Of a stretch of DNA of 64,000 nucleotides, positions 25,355-37,640 are shown in pieces. Within the stretch, counting starts at the first letter, position 1, and every line of letters starts with the position of its first letter. The notes beneath the pieces were generated by a model. The model did not search any database. It was not told the origin of the DNA and saw only the letters and a program-made list of their open reading frames with translations. Where the stretch lies: positions 50,046,901 to 50,110,900 of the forward strand of contig NC_068983.1 of NCBI RefSeq assembly GCF_001194135.2, given 5' to 3'. The translations under genes and the position numbers were made by a program. The stretch is from Octopus bimaculoides. Taxonomy: Eukaryota.

Positions 25355-25615
25355 GGAAATCTGTACATTATTTATATTATTTACATTCGACGGATATTTG
25401 TCCTCGTGTTGTTTGTTGTTAACACAACGTTTCGGCTGATATACCCTCTAACCTTCTTCAGGTGTCTTGGTGAAATTTCGAACCTGGGTTGTCATTCCTA
25501 AGGTATTTTACGATGTTATTAGTATTATTATTAATGTTCAGGTCACTGCCTGGAATTGAGCTCAGAATCTTGAGATTAGTAGCCCGCGCTCTTAACCACT
25601 ACGCCATATGCCTGT
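25355..25615 (-). mobile_element. tRNA-headed SINE whose 3' part contains a hammerhead ribozyme motif
   Basis: Minus head (25612->25540) GGCATATGGCGTAGTGGTTAAGAGCGCGGGCTACTAATCTCAAGATTCTGAGCTCAATTCCAGGCAG has A-box TGGCGTAGTGG and B-box-like GAGCTCAATTCC; then an (AAT)n linker, then the HHR at 25466->25421. Confidence 0.8.
25421..25466 (-). ncRNA. Minimal type I hammerhead motif (CUGAAGA core)
   Basis: Minus strand GACAC-CTGAAGA-A-GGTT-AGAGGGTATATC-AGCC-GAA-ACGT-T-GTGTT: 5-bp stem I, 4-bp stem II (one U-G), ACGT palindrome, GUU triplet. Confidence 0.75.
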
Positions 25616-27433
25616 GCTGAAACTCAAGTGAGTGTTGTGATGGGAGAGAGCACACGGATTGCATCGAGTTGTCATATAAATTAGTTCGTTTTTGTTTTCC
25701 TACTTAATTTCATTTTATCGTCTGTTATTTGAATTCAGACGACATCTATTTCTCTCGTTATGGTGATTTGTAACTCTATTTGATCTAAACTTTCTATTTA
25801 CGGTTTTTAGAAATTTGATTAAATTTTATGTCTTTTGAAAAAAAGAAGAATTTAGCTGACAAGTCAATACACAAAAACGGACATCTATTTTTGTGATAAG
25901 TTGAATTATGAAGTGCATGGAATATTTCAGAAATATTAAGTACTACGTAGTAAGTTAACCACGAGAAAGTATGAATCGAAATGAAACATAGATATACTTG
26001 AACATGATAGCAGAGATACCAGAGAGTAAAAAGGAATAGATGCAATGAAAGGGTGTGACACCGTACGGAGGCGTATATAATATATAAGTTATAGTTCTTC
26101 GAAATAAATGCGAAGTGAACTGGTATTAATGAAGATGTTTTAAGATAAGCATTATACGAGTGAATTGTTAATTAATGAATAAGTAATTAGAATACATGTA
26201 AAGCAAAATTTATATGAGTATCCTTTAGGACCAAGGAAAATTTGGAATTACTAGAAAAGAAAGCTCCCTACCTCAAAAACGAAACAAAAAATAATGTCGA
26301 CGGCGTCACTTGAACTGATAGCGCTCTCTTTAAGTTAGAAGTAACATTTCCTTTAATTCAATTTCTGTCCTTAAAGTCTTAAAATGAAAACAGATGGGGT
26401 ATATTTGGATGAAATATTTCCGATAATCAGTAATTAAATTTCAAAAAATAACAGACGGGTCGCTCAGAACCGAGACGTCATGATAACTCTGAGTCCGTTC
26501 TATCAAGAATGACCTGGGGCTAAGCAACAAAAATAACCCACGATCCATAAAGGAATAATTCAATCGGTTATCCTCGCAAGCTTATGACCTTTACACAATG
26601 GCTTAACCACTTGGCACTGTTACCTATGCGTATGTCTACGAGAGAAATGAATATTTCTTGATAAAAAAGATGGAACGAAGCTGAACAAGATCGAGATATT
26701 TGCATATTCAATTTCTGGAGCAAGTATTTTTACACTTGGATGCATTTTGTCACACAAACTACTAAAGCATAAAGCTGGAGTAGTTGTGAACTGCTGCATC
26801 TATTTTCAGCGTTGTTTGTCTGAAGAAAACATAGTTATTGTAGGATGCCTAGAGGAAGTATAGAATAGCTGTTGCAAATTTTAAAACTCATGATATTGCA
26901 GTCTGTAACCCTGAACTTTAACTCTGCAGACATTTAAGTTGAGGAAATAGAGATAATCAATAAACAGAGATTTTCCCTCAGAAACAGATTTATTATGATT
27001 TAATGTCTTTCTACATTACTTCTATTACTTGTAGACGAGAAACATGTCTGTAAGAAATGTATACGACTGTGTATAGTTATGCGAATACACATACACACAC
27101 ACAAACATACACACACACATACATATATATATATATTTATATATATATATATATATATATNNNNNNNNNNNNNNNNNNNNNNNNNNNNNNNNNNNNNNNN
27201 NNNNNNNNNNNNNNNNNNNNNNNNNNNNNNNNNNNNNNNNNNNNNNNNNNNNNNNNNNNNNNNNNNNNNNNNNNNNNNNNNNNNNNNNNNNNNNNNNNNN
27301 NNNNNNNNNNNNNNNNNNNNNNNNNNNNNNNNNNNNNNNNNNNNNNNNNNNNNNNNNNNNNNNNNNNNNNNNNNNNNNNNNNNNNNNNNNNNNNNNNNNN
27401 NNNNNNNNNNNNNNNNNNNNNNNNNNNNNNNNN

Positions 27434-27466
<33 letters not shown>

Positions 27467-27919
27467 GTGAAAATATACACATATACACCCATGCATACAT
27501 AGGCTCTCTCACACAGGTGCCTTCTTCTGTTTCGGTTTGTGAAATGGAACTTGAAAATTGTTGGTCAGCCGGAGCCCGTGGCAGAAGTCATTTCGAGAAG
27601 AAAATCCTAGAGTACGTAAGAAGACGGCACTTAAATATTTTTTAATTAGTTGAAATTATGGTAGTATTGAGAGAAACTATTGCTACTTCTGAGGAAAATT
27701 AATCTCAGAAGGTCAAAGATGAGAACTTCAGAAATGTCTAGTGGCAGCACTTAAATACAGGTAAGCAATTGGCTAAGTGTCTCTATTCATTCATTGGTAG
27801 ATTTAGTGTCTGTTGAGATATTCAATGGGTTTGTTAGACTTCTGCAGCGTAGCACATTTTGCCGAGATGCAACGTTGTTTATTTGGAGCCGGTACTGATA
27901 TCTATCTATCTATCTATCG

Positions 27920-27952
<33 letters not shown>

Positions 27953-28084
27953 CCTGTCTGTCTGTCTGTTTCTTTTTTGTGTATGCTTTTATCTTTGTGT
28001 ATGCTTTTATGCGCCCCAAATATTTTCTAGTTGCATGAATCGACTCCAGTTATTGTTTCTTTTTAAAGTTGGTACTTCTTCTAT

Positions 28085-28305
28085 CTGACAGGTTTTCTGA
28101 ACCGTAAACTTATGTGGACGTAAACACAGCAACACCAATTGACAAGTGGCAGTGGTGGGACAAATACACACACACATACACACACACACACACACAAACG
28201 ACAAACTTCCTTCAGTTTTTGTCCACCAAATCCATGCCTAACCTGAGAGGAACTGACCCCGGAATCATGTAGTTGGGAAATACACTTCTTACCACACAGC
28301 CACAT
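28085..28305 (-). mobile_element. SINE family B, degraded and internally deleted
   Basis: GGACGTAAACACAGCAACACCAATTGACAAG..(CA)n..TTCAGTTTTTGTCCACCAAATCC..CTTCTTACCACACAGCCAC. Confidence 0.65.
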
Positions 28306-28819
28306 CTACAGCTATGTATGTGTATGCATATATAAACGTATGTCCTGGGTATGACTTTAAACTGGAGTGATAGGGACTATGCGGTCCCCACTTAATTACC
28401 ATTCTCCTCAGGTCTGTTCTGGTCAGGAATGGTAGCAAATGTCAGGTTCGCATATATGTGTTAAATAAATTTCCGATAGGCACAGGAGACTCTCGATATT
28501 TTTGACAAACTTGCGGTGAGAGCAGCTCTTCTAAAAGAAAGATACTATACCAACAATCTTGCAGTCAAAATAATACCAACCATCTTGTAATTCTTGTCAT
28601 TGAAACCTTTTACGATGACCGAGAGAGTGGCAAAAGTATTGTACAAGCGATATTACCAAATTTCAACAAATCAAAAAATATTTAAGTGCCACCTACTTGC
28701 GTTTTCTAAGCATTTCTTCTCGAAACGAGTTCTGCCACAGACTCCGGCTGACCACCAATTTTCAAGTTCCATTTCACAAACCGAAACTTTAAAAAAAAGC
28801 ACTCACGTATATTTGTGTA

Positions 28820-29263
28820 TGGCTGAGTTCAAATTCCGCCGAGGTATACTTTACCTTTCATCCTTTTGTGGTCGATAAATTAAGTACCAATTACACACTG
28901 GGGTCGATCTAATCGACTGGCTCCCTCCCCAAAAATTTCGTGTACCTACAGTAGAAAAGATATTTCGCATTTAAGACGGTGAGCTGGCAGAAACGTTAGC
29001 ACGCCAGACGAAATACTTAGTGGTATTTCGTCCGTCTTTACGTTCTGAATTCAAATTCTGCCGAGGTCGACTTTGCTTTTTATTCTTTCGGGGTCGATAT
29101 GTTAAGTATCAGTTGCATACTGGGGTCGATCTAATCGACTGGCTCCCTCCCCAAAAATTTCGTGTACCTACAGTAGAAAAGATATTTCGCATTTAAGACG
29201 GTGAGCTGGCAGAAACGTTAGCACGCCAGACGAAATACTTAGTGGTATTTCGTCCGTCTTTAC
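28820..29263 (+). mobile_element. Tandem SINE family A units (~223-bp period), running into a gap
   Basis: About 145 bp from ACTGGGGTCGATCTAATCGACTGGCTCCCTCCCC to TTTCGTCCGTCTTTAC occurs twice essentially identically (about 28897 and 29120). Confidence 0.85.
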
Positions 29264-29785
29264 NNNNNNNNNNNNNNNNNNNNNNNNNNNNNNNNNNNNN
29301 NNNNNNNNNNNNNNNNNNNNNNNNNNNNNNNNNNNNNNNNNNNNNNNNNNNNNNNNNNNNNNNNNNNNNNNNNNNNNNNNNNNNNNNNNNNNNNNNNNNN
29401 NNNNNNNNNNNNNNNNNNNNNNNNNNNNNNNNNNNNNNNNNNNNNNNNNNNNNNNNNNNNNNNNNNNNNNNNNNNNNNNNNNNNNNNNNNNNNNNNNNNN
29501 NNNNNNNNNNNNNNNNNNNNNNNNNNNNNNNNNNNNNNNNNNNNNNNNNNNNNNNNNNNNNNNNNNNNNNNNNNNNNNNNNNNNNNNNNNNNNNNNNNNN
29601 NNNNNNNNNNNNNNNNNNNNNNNNNNNNNNNNNNNNNNNNNNNNNNNNNNNNNNNNNNNNNNNNNNNNNNNNNNNNNNNNNNNNNNNNNNNNNNNNNNNN
29701 NNNNNNNNNNNNNNNNNNNNNNNNNNNNNNNNNNNNNNNNNNNNNNNNNNNNNNNNNNNNNNNNNNNNNNNNNNNNNNNNNNNNN

Positions 29786-29829
<44 letters not shown>

Positions 29830-31514
29830 TGCGTGTGTGTGTGTGAGTATGTATGTATTTATTTTCATGTTGGACCATCGACCGAAAGAGTGGCAAAAAT
29901 GATGTACAAGCTGTTGTCGCTTAGGTCTAATGATGTACAAATGTCATACTATCATCTAAGTGTAAGACTCCTGTCATCTTACAAGACGAGATAATCATCA
30001 TGCATGTATGTATAATTTATCTAATTTAAAATCAGTGGCTGTTCCTACTCAGAGTTTCGCGTCTCTGGTCCTCACACTCAGTGACACATAGAATGGCTTG
30101 CTTATGTACACAAATCTCTCAAAAGCTCTGTCTCCTTCTCTATTTTCTCTCCCTTTCTTACGATATATATACATACACACACACATATACACACACATGT
30201 ATGAGTGTGTTTGTGTATGTGTGTGCGTGTCAGTGTGCGTGTGTGTGTGTGTGTGTGTTGTGCGTGTATGTGTGTGCGTTGAGGAGTTCGGTTTAGTTAC
30301 TAGGCTGTTGTAGTCATGACCGTAAGATTTTGGTTCTGATTCCTGGACCTGGAGATGCATTAAGTTCTTGAAAAAAAGAATTCATTTCAAGTTGGGCCAC
30401 TCCACTCAGCTGGCAATGATGAGTATTTCTGTGAGGGACCGGCGTCTTGTTGAGTGTGTGTGTGTGTGTGTTGGGGGGATGCTAGAAGTGTAAACCACCA
30501 GACCTGGAAATCCAGCTTTGTATGCCGAAGGCTGAAGAAAGACCTTTGACTCTTTAAGTTATTCTATTCCTCCAGAACGTCCTAAGGACTGAAAGCATTC
30601 TATCTCTCTCTACTATCTTTTCTCTTCTCAAAGAAAATATTTCTCCAGCGATCGTTAGTTTAATCTCGTTCTGTCTGTTTTCATTCGGTTTCCTTGTGTC
30701 TCCACTGTCCTATTTTTGTTCCCAACTTTAACCATACCTAAGATCCAACATTTTATTATGGTATTTATGGGAGCAACTGCCTTTGAAGACTCATATTGTC
30801 GTTCAGTGCTCGAAATGCAGAGTAGATAAACAGCCAACAACTGATAAAGAGTCTTTCTTTGTGTTACTTGTCTTCTTTTCCATTTTTTTCTCTCGTTGTT
30901 TGCGTATCTAACTCATTTGTTTTTGTATTTCATGTTCTTTACTGTTTGTGACTTCCTGTACACACATATGCATATACATACATACGTACATACACATATG
31001 CATGTATATATATATTATTTATATTATATATATATAATTACCAAATGAATAATTATTCGAAAATGTTTATATGTATATTATTATTAATCATTATCATAAG
31101 TAAAATGACCAAGAACAACTATAAAACGATAATATAAGTNNNNNNNNNNNNNNNNNNNNNNNNNNNNNNNNNNNNNNNNNNNNNNNNNNNNNNNNNNNNN
31201 NNNNNNNNNNNNNNNNNNNNNNNNNNNNNNNNNNNNNNNNNNNNNNNNNNNNNNNNNNNNNNNNNNNNNNNNNNNNNNNNNNNNNNNNNNNNNNNNNNNN
31301 NNNNNNNNNNNNNNNNNNNNAATTGCAATACCAGTGACTCTTTCAATCACAGTTTAATTGTACCAGACACCATTAGCGACTGATATTATCATATCATGTC
31401 GCTTTCAATGGAGACATACAAATGACGAAGCGCCAAGATGCAGAGATACTGAATTTGCATTGACCTCACCACAGCAGGATGATTTTCATTTGTTACTGAT
31501 ATTTTTTAAATTCT

Positions 31515-31906
31515 TTTATTGGTTTCAGTCATCTGACTGCGGCCTTGCTGGAGCACTGCCTTTAGTCGAAGAAATAGCCCCTCCCCCACACAGACTTATT
31601 CTTCGTAAGCCTAGTACTCTTTTGCCGAACCGCGTAGTGACGGGTTGTATACACACCAACATCAGTTGCCAAGCGATGGTGGAGGCACACACACATAAAC
31701 ACACGCACACAGACACACACGCACACACACACACACAAACATATATACGAAGGACGTCTTTCAGTTTCCGTCTACCATATCCACTCAAAAGTATTTATTC
31801 GGCCCTAGGCTATAGTAGAAGACACTTGCCCAAGGTGCCCAAGGGACTGAACCCGGAACCATGTGGTTGAGAAGCAAGCTTCTTACCACATAGTCATGCC
31901 TGCGCC
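31515..31906 (-). mobile_element. SINE family B, near full length
   Basis: GACTGCGGCCTTGCTGGAGCAC..AGCCTAGTACT..(CA)n..TTTCAGTTTCCGTCTACC..AGTAGAAGACACTTGCCCAAGG..GCTTCTTACCACATAGTCATGCCTGCGCC. Confidence 0.85.
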
Positions 31907-34484
31907 TTTATATATNNNNNNNNNNNNNNNNNNNNNNNNNNNNNNNNNNNNNNNNNNNNNNNNNNNNNNNNNNNNNNNNNNNNNNNNNNNNNNNNNNNNN
32001 NNNNNNNNNNNNNNNNNNNNNNNNNNNNNNNNNNNNNNNNNNNNNNNNNNNNNNNNNNNNNNNNNNNNNNNNNNNNNNNNNNNNNNNNNNNNNNNNNNNN
32101 NNNNNNNNNNNNNNNNNNNNNNNNNNNNNNNNNNNNNNNNNNNNNNNNNNNNNNNNNNNNNNNNNNNNNNNNNNNNNNNNNNNNNNNNNNNNNNNNNNNN
32201 NNNNNNNNNNNNNNNNNNNNNNNNNNNNNNNNNNNNNNNNNNNNNNNNNNNNNNNNNNNNNNNNNNNNNNNNNNNNNNNNNNNNNNNNNNNNNNNNNNNN
32301 NNNNNTATATATATATGCTTAACTTCATGCAAGATGAATATCTCAGAGTATTAGGAGTTCAAAGGTGTATCTTCTCTCAGTATAATGCACAAATTGCTAC
32401 ATTGTAATAATGCGACCTCTTTCATTAAGCATGACTATACAAACTTAGGTACGTACATGCATACGTACATGCATACATACATATATATAAAGTTAAAGTC
32501 TAGTTATAGAGTGACCAATCGTTTTGCAGCCACGAAATCCGCAGCCTTGTGGACAGCTTATCAGACTCCATACAAAGACAAATTTAACTCTTCACCTCAT
32601 GGAAGCGGAGAAACCCTATGATTAATTGTTGAAATGGCTATATATTTCAATTCTAACCTGCAATAGAGATGCACATATTTACTTAGTAAAACCTATTATA
32701 CACTTCTTGTGGATTGGCAGTGTCTTGTTTCTATACCCAACTATCTGGCGGATTGTATGTGATAGATTTTGGTCCTATATTTGTGTATTGACATACAGTA
32801 TTCTCGTGAATATAAAATGCTTGAATATTTCAGTACTGTACAAGAATTTCATGAGTTATCGTGTGCCATTCTCAATTATTCAGGAAGGCATTGCTCATTA
32901 ACCCAATTCCAGTATTGTCATAAGTAATCTCTCTCTAGAGAATTTTGCATATACAAGGATTTCGTAATCGAATTTTAGATGAATAAAGTTCTGGTCTGTT
33001 AACAGTGCTGTGTTTATATGGTACAATGTATTTACGTACATTTCTAGGGATTTTTGAAACCAGTATCACATGTGTAGTCGGACGTGATCACTTTTCATTA
33101 TACACTATATTTGTGGACACAGCAAAAAGAGATAAGCTAAATTAGTTTCTATTCTGTAATGAGATTTGTTCATCAATTACGTAACCCCATCTTTCACCAG
33201 ATATACATATATGTAAGAGAGCGGGAGAGAGAAAGCCAGAGAGACTGACAGAGAGAAAGAAAAATTGGCCATTGATAATAATGATCAAGTGTTTTATTTC
33301 TTTCGTTCTGTAATTTACTGGTAGCGCAGTGGTCATAACACAAATAGACAGTATAATATAGAGAAAGACAAACCTTTGATTTTTGAAAATCAAAATGTTT
33401 TTGCTGTGAGTATATCATAGTCTAATTTCTAAAGACTCGGTATTTGATTCACAGAACTATTTTGTTATCAATCATTTGCATAAAGGACACCAAAAAAATG
33501 TTATTTTTATGCTTTCACGAAATTAATACCAATTTTTAAATCTTCAAACATATTTTTTATTAAGAAAAGGAAAAGAAAATTCTTAAAACACACCTAACAG
33601 AAATAAGCACTATATTATCTTCGAACAACACCCGGAGGTATTATATTTATTTCAGAACAGATACAATAAAAACTAATACAAACGCCAAGTAAACTTTCGA
33701 GCTGGTGGCAAAAAGAAATAGACGAGTTATTGGATCATTGGTGTGTGAGATTTACCACAATTCTTCAAACGTTATATTATCTTATATCCTTTCCGTCAAT
33801 CTCCGAAACTGCAACTGCAGGTCGATAGCGCAAATAGAAAGAAAAGCATTTGGAAATAAATAAAACTATCTCACTGTCAAGTCTGAAGTTACACTAAGTA
33901 ACAAATGAATATTTTCTTTGTAAAATTTGGTGAAGTGGACATTATATCAGTTACTGATGTTACAGTTTCAATCCTTTTCTGTAGAAATGATAAGCCACAA
34001 CGTTAACAAATCAATATCATTGAACCTTGTTAAACACACCGAGAATTGCGACTGCCCCAGATTCCAATACATTCTGTTAGAGTGGTATTTGAAATACGGT
34101 ATCATAAAATATAGCAACGTAGCCATAAATAAGCAATAAACAATCTAGTTAAAAGGGGCCATTTATGCGATTGGACGATCTACAAGATTAAGCAGCCAAT
34201 TTCCATAAACCTTTCAAAATTTTGTCGTAAAATGTGTAATGTGTGAATGTAATTGAGAAGTATTACACTACTGAATATACGTATAATAGGTTAGGGAAGA
34301 ACAGACGGAATTGTCACCACGTAAATGTTTGTCGGACGATTAAACGCCAATGCCATAAAAACACGTGTGACAACGGTTTAGTTCGATATCTGAAAACGAT
34401 CATGACAGAACATAAATAAAACTTTAAAATCTCTAAAATACACAAACACAGTCAGCAATACAACTTATCATTATATTTAATGCC

Positions 34485-34690
34485 AAGCGGTAAGCTGGCA
34501 GAATCGTCAGGCAAATTGCTTAGTAGCATTTCGTCCGACTTTACGTTCTGAGTTTAAATTCTACAGAGGATGACTTTGTTTTTCATCTCTTCAGGGTCGA
34601 TGAAATAAGTGCCAGTTGAACGCTAGGGTCGATGTAATCGTCTAGCCACCCAGCGCAAAGTTTCAGGCCTTGTGGCTATAGTAAAAACGA
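34485..34690 (+). mobile_element. SINE family A
   Basis: GCGGTAAGCTGGCAGAATCGT..TTACGTTCTGAGTTTAAATT..GGGTCGATGAAATAAGTGCCAG..GGGTCGATGTAATCG. Confidence 0.8.
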
Positions 34691-35397
34691 TTATTACATG
34701 TAATGCGCTTCAGAAATAAATTCAGCGCCAACGACTACAACGAAGAAAAAGTATCTGTATTATTTCCATGTGTAATGTAACATCTTGCCAGATAATACAT
34801 TAAAATGTTGTAAGCGATGCTTACAAAAATGTAAATCTTGTACATGCAATACAGTGTAACAGAGTGTGTACTATGTTTGTCGTTAGAGGTACGAGTGAAG
34901 GTTTTGGTTTCGCCAGTCGCTCTTCCAATCGATACATGGAAACTATTTCCTTTGTTTGCTTTCAGATTCTGTAGGTCTCAGTTCCTGCGGGAAGTGTCAC
35001 TATTTTACACTGACTTCACTGAATTTGAAGTGTGAATGCACCGAGCCGGAATACATACCACCCGAAACCCTAGTAACTGCATCAATCTACAGCTCTGGGA
35101 TGCTAATTTCGTTCTTATCGATCACGAAGCAAAGCTGACCTTGGCCGGATATGAATTGAAAGTGCAGACATCCGGAACAAACACTAAGAGATAGTCTCTC
35201 CAATACATACGATTTAGCCAATCCACCTTGAGCTGCATTAAAGTCAACCAGCATCCAGTATTCAGGAGGAGATGTTAAACATGACGACAGAGTAATTCTG
35301 CCACCAGCCCCAACAGGAACCGTGCATCTCGGCTCTGTTGACTGCACCCATTCACTGAATTTCAACAACAAAGTTTTAACGTACCCCACGGTATACT

Positions 35398-35622
35398 CCT
35401 TTACTTGTTTCAGTTATTTGACTGCGGCCATGCTGGAGCACCCGCATTTAGTCGAGCAAATCGACTCCAGGACTTATTCTTTGTAAGCCTAGTACTTATT
35501 CTAGCGGTCTCTTTTGCCGAACCGCTAAGTTACGGGGACGTAAACGCACCAGCATCGGTTGTCAAGCGAAGTTGGGGGACAAACACAGACACACAAACAT
35601 ATACACACATACATATATGCAT
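35398..35622 (-). mobile_element. SINE family B, 3' half, running into a gap
   Basis: TTTTACTTGTTTCAGTTATTTGACTGCGGCCATGCTGGAGCACC..CTTTTGCCGAACCGCTAAGTTACGGGGACGTAAAC. Confidence 0.85.
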
Positions 35623-36341
35623 ANNNNNNNNNNNNNNNNNNNNNNNNNNNNNNNNNNNNNNNNNNNNNNNNNNNNNNNNNNNNNNNNNNNNNNNNNNNNN
35701 NNNNNNNNNNNNNNNNNNNNNNNNNNNNNNNNNNNNNNNNNNNNNNNNNNNNNNNNNNNNNNNNNNNNNNNNNNNNNNNNNNNNNNNNNNNNNNNNNNNN
35801 NNNNNNNNNNNNNNNNNNNNNNNNNNNNNNNNNNNNNNNNNNNNNNNNNNNNNNNNNNNNNNNNNNNNNNNNNNNNNNNNNNNNNNNNNNNNNNNNNNNN
35901 NNNNNNNNNNNNNNNNNNNNNNNNNNNNNNNNNNNNNNNNNNNNNNNNNNNNNNNNNNNNNNNNNNNNNNNNNNNNNNNNNNNNNNNNNNNNNNNNNNNN
36001 NNNNNNNNNNNNNNNNNNNNNNNNNNNNNNNNNNNNNNNNNNNNNNNNNNNNNNNNNNNNNNNNNNNNNNNNNNNNNNNTGTTAATGATGAAACTTTATC
36101 TTTCCTCCCATCACTTTCTAGATTGAACAATTGCGAAAATACCATTTGTTGGATATTTGAAATGAAAATCCCCCTCTGGGCTTAATCATAACTTTACTTG
36201 TGCTTCCTATACGAACCCTTTCATTATGGTAATTGACCAAATTTATAAAAGATTGTAATTCATTTTACTTTAGGGTAATGAATTACCAATCTTCGAACAC
36301 TTCGTATCATTTCTTGCAAAACACCAGATTCACCGCCGCCG

Positions 36342-36404
<63 letters not shown>

Positions 36405-36814
36405 TCAACGCCACCACCGCCGCTCCCGACGCCGCCGCTGCTGCTGCCACTACTACCACTACTACTACTACGTGCTTTTATAGACTTTTTAATTGTTCAA
36501 CATAATTCAAACACAATACGTATAATATTATATCTTATGATTCTATGTGTATGATTGTAAAGATCTGCTACAAAGGGCTGAAAGCTCTCTGAGTATTTAT
36601 TTATAAAGAGAATTATAATTAGATTGTGTGATGTTAAACTTTCATTTTCCTCTCTTAAGAAGATTAGTAAACACGAACCAACGAACGAGCTATTATTATG
36701 TCATCTGCTAGAAACAGCTACCAAATTTTCTTCAAATAACACCGAGATGCTTTATTCGAAAAAAACAAACTTCTACATTATATGCTCATGTGTGTTTGTG
36801 TATTTGTGTCGGTG

Positions 36815-36992
36815 TTTGTCATTCCACTCCACTGTTTCAGAGCCAGATTTGGTCTATTTACGTCCCCGTAACGTTAACAGTTCGGTAAGAGAGACTGAAA
36901 GAACAAGTACAAGAGTTAAAATAACGCACTGGAGACGATTTGTTCGAATAAAACTCGTCAAGGTGATACTCCAGCATGGTCGCAGTTCAACG
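36815..36992 (+). mobile_element. SINE family B, degraded 3' half
   Basis: TTTACGTCCCCGTAACGTTAACAGTTCGGTAAGAGAGAC..CTCCAGCATGGTCGCAGT. Confidence 0.6.
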
Positions 36993-37022
36993 AGTGAAAA
37001 TATATTTAGAACTGGATAAACT

Positions 37023-37640
37023 ATGAAGTAGTTGTATACTGTCAACTTAATGTGACAGTCCCCTGAAGGGAATAATACTACTGTTGGTTAGACCTAGGAA
37101 GCTGCACCGCTTCCTGTCGGCCTTGACACATTTCCGACAGGAAGCGTTGCAGCTTCCTATGTCTAACCAACAGTAGTATTATTCCCTTCAGGGAACTGTC
37201 ACATTAAGTTGGCAGCATACAACTACTTCATCGTATCACTACTGCATAAATCTCTCTGGGAGATTTAGAAATGTATTATTTCTAAATTTGAAATCAGTGA
37301 ATGTATTTCACGAGAATTATTATATGTTTACTAGAGCTTGACAGGTATCTTCGACTAGCAGGTGATGCTACTCCAGACTGATGACGAGGAAAGACTCAGA
37401 AACATGTCTCTAGATACAGGCTTAGCTGGGTAGAGGTGCTTGTCTCCCCCTTGTAAACATAAGGACACAGAAAATGTTTCAAAGCCGACAGGAAGCGGTG
37501 CAGCTTCCTAGATCTAACGAACAGTAGTATTATTCCCTTCAGCGGACTGTCACATAAAGTTGACAGCATACAACTACTTCATCGTATCACTACTGTATAA
37601 ATCTCTCTGAGCGATTTAGACATGTATTTTTTTCTAAAAA
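37023..37640 (+). mobile_element. 618-bp non-coding hammerhead-bearing retroelement: inverted partial repeat + 351-bp unit + partial direct repeat, 10-bp TSD
   Basis: TGGATAAACT at 37013-37022 and 37641-37650. 37023-37133 is an inverted copy of the repeat; 37134-37286 and 37485-37640 are ~153-bp direct repeats (~90% identical by eye); HHR at 37373-37413. Confidence 0.88.
37373..37413 (+). ncRNA. Minimal type I hammerhead motif (CUGAUGA core, GUC triplet)
   Basis: CCAGA-CTGATGA-C-GAG-GAAAGA-CTC-A-GAA-ACATGT-C-TCTAG: canonical core, 3-bp stem II with a C.A closing mismatch, 6-nt palindromic stem III, stem I AGA/TCT plus C-G after one mismatch. Confidence 0.72.
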
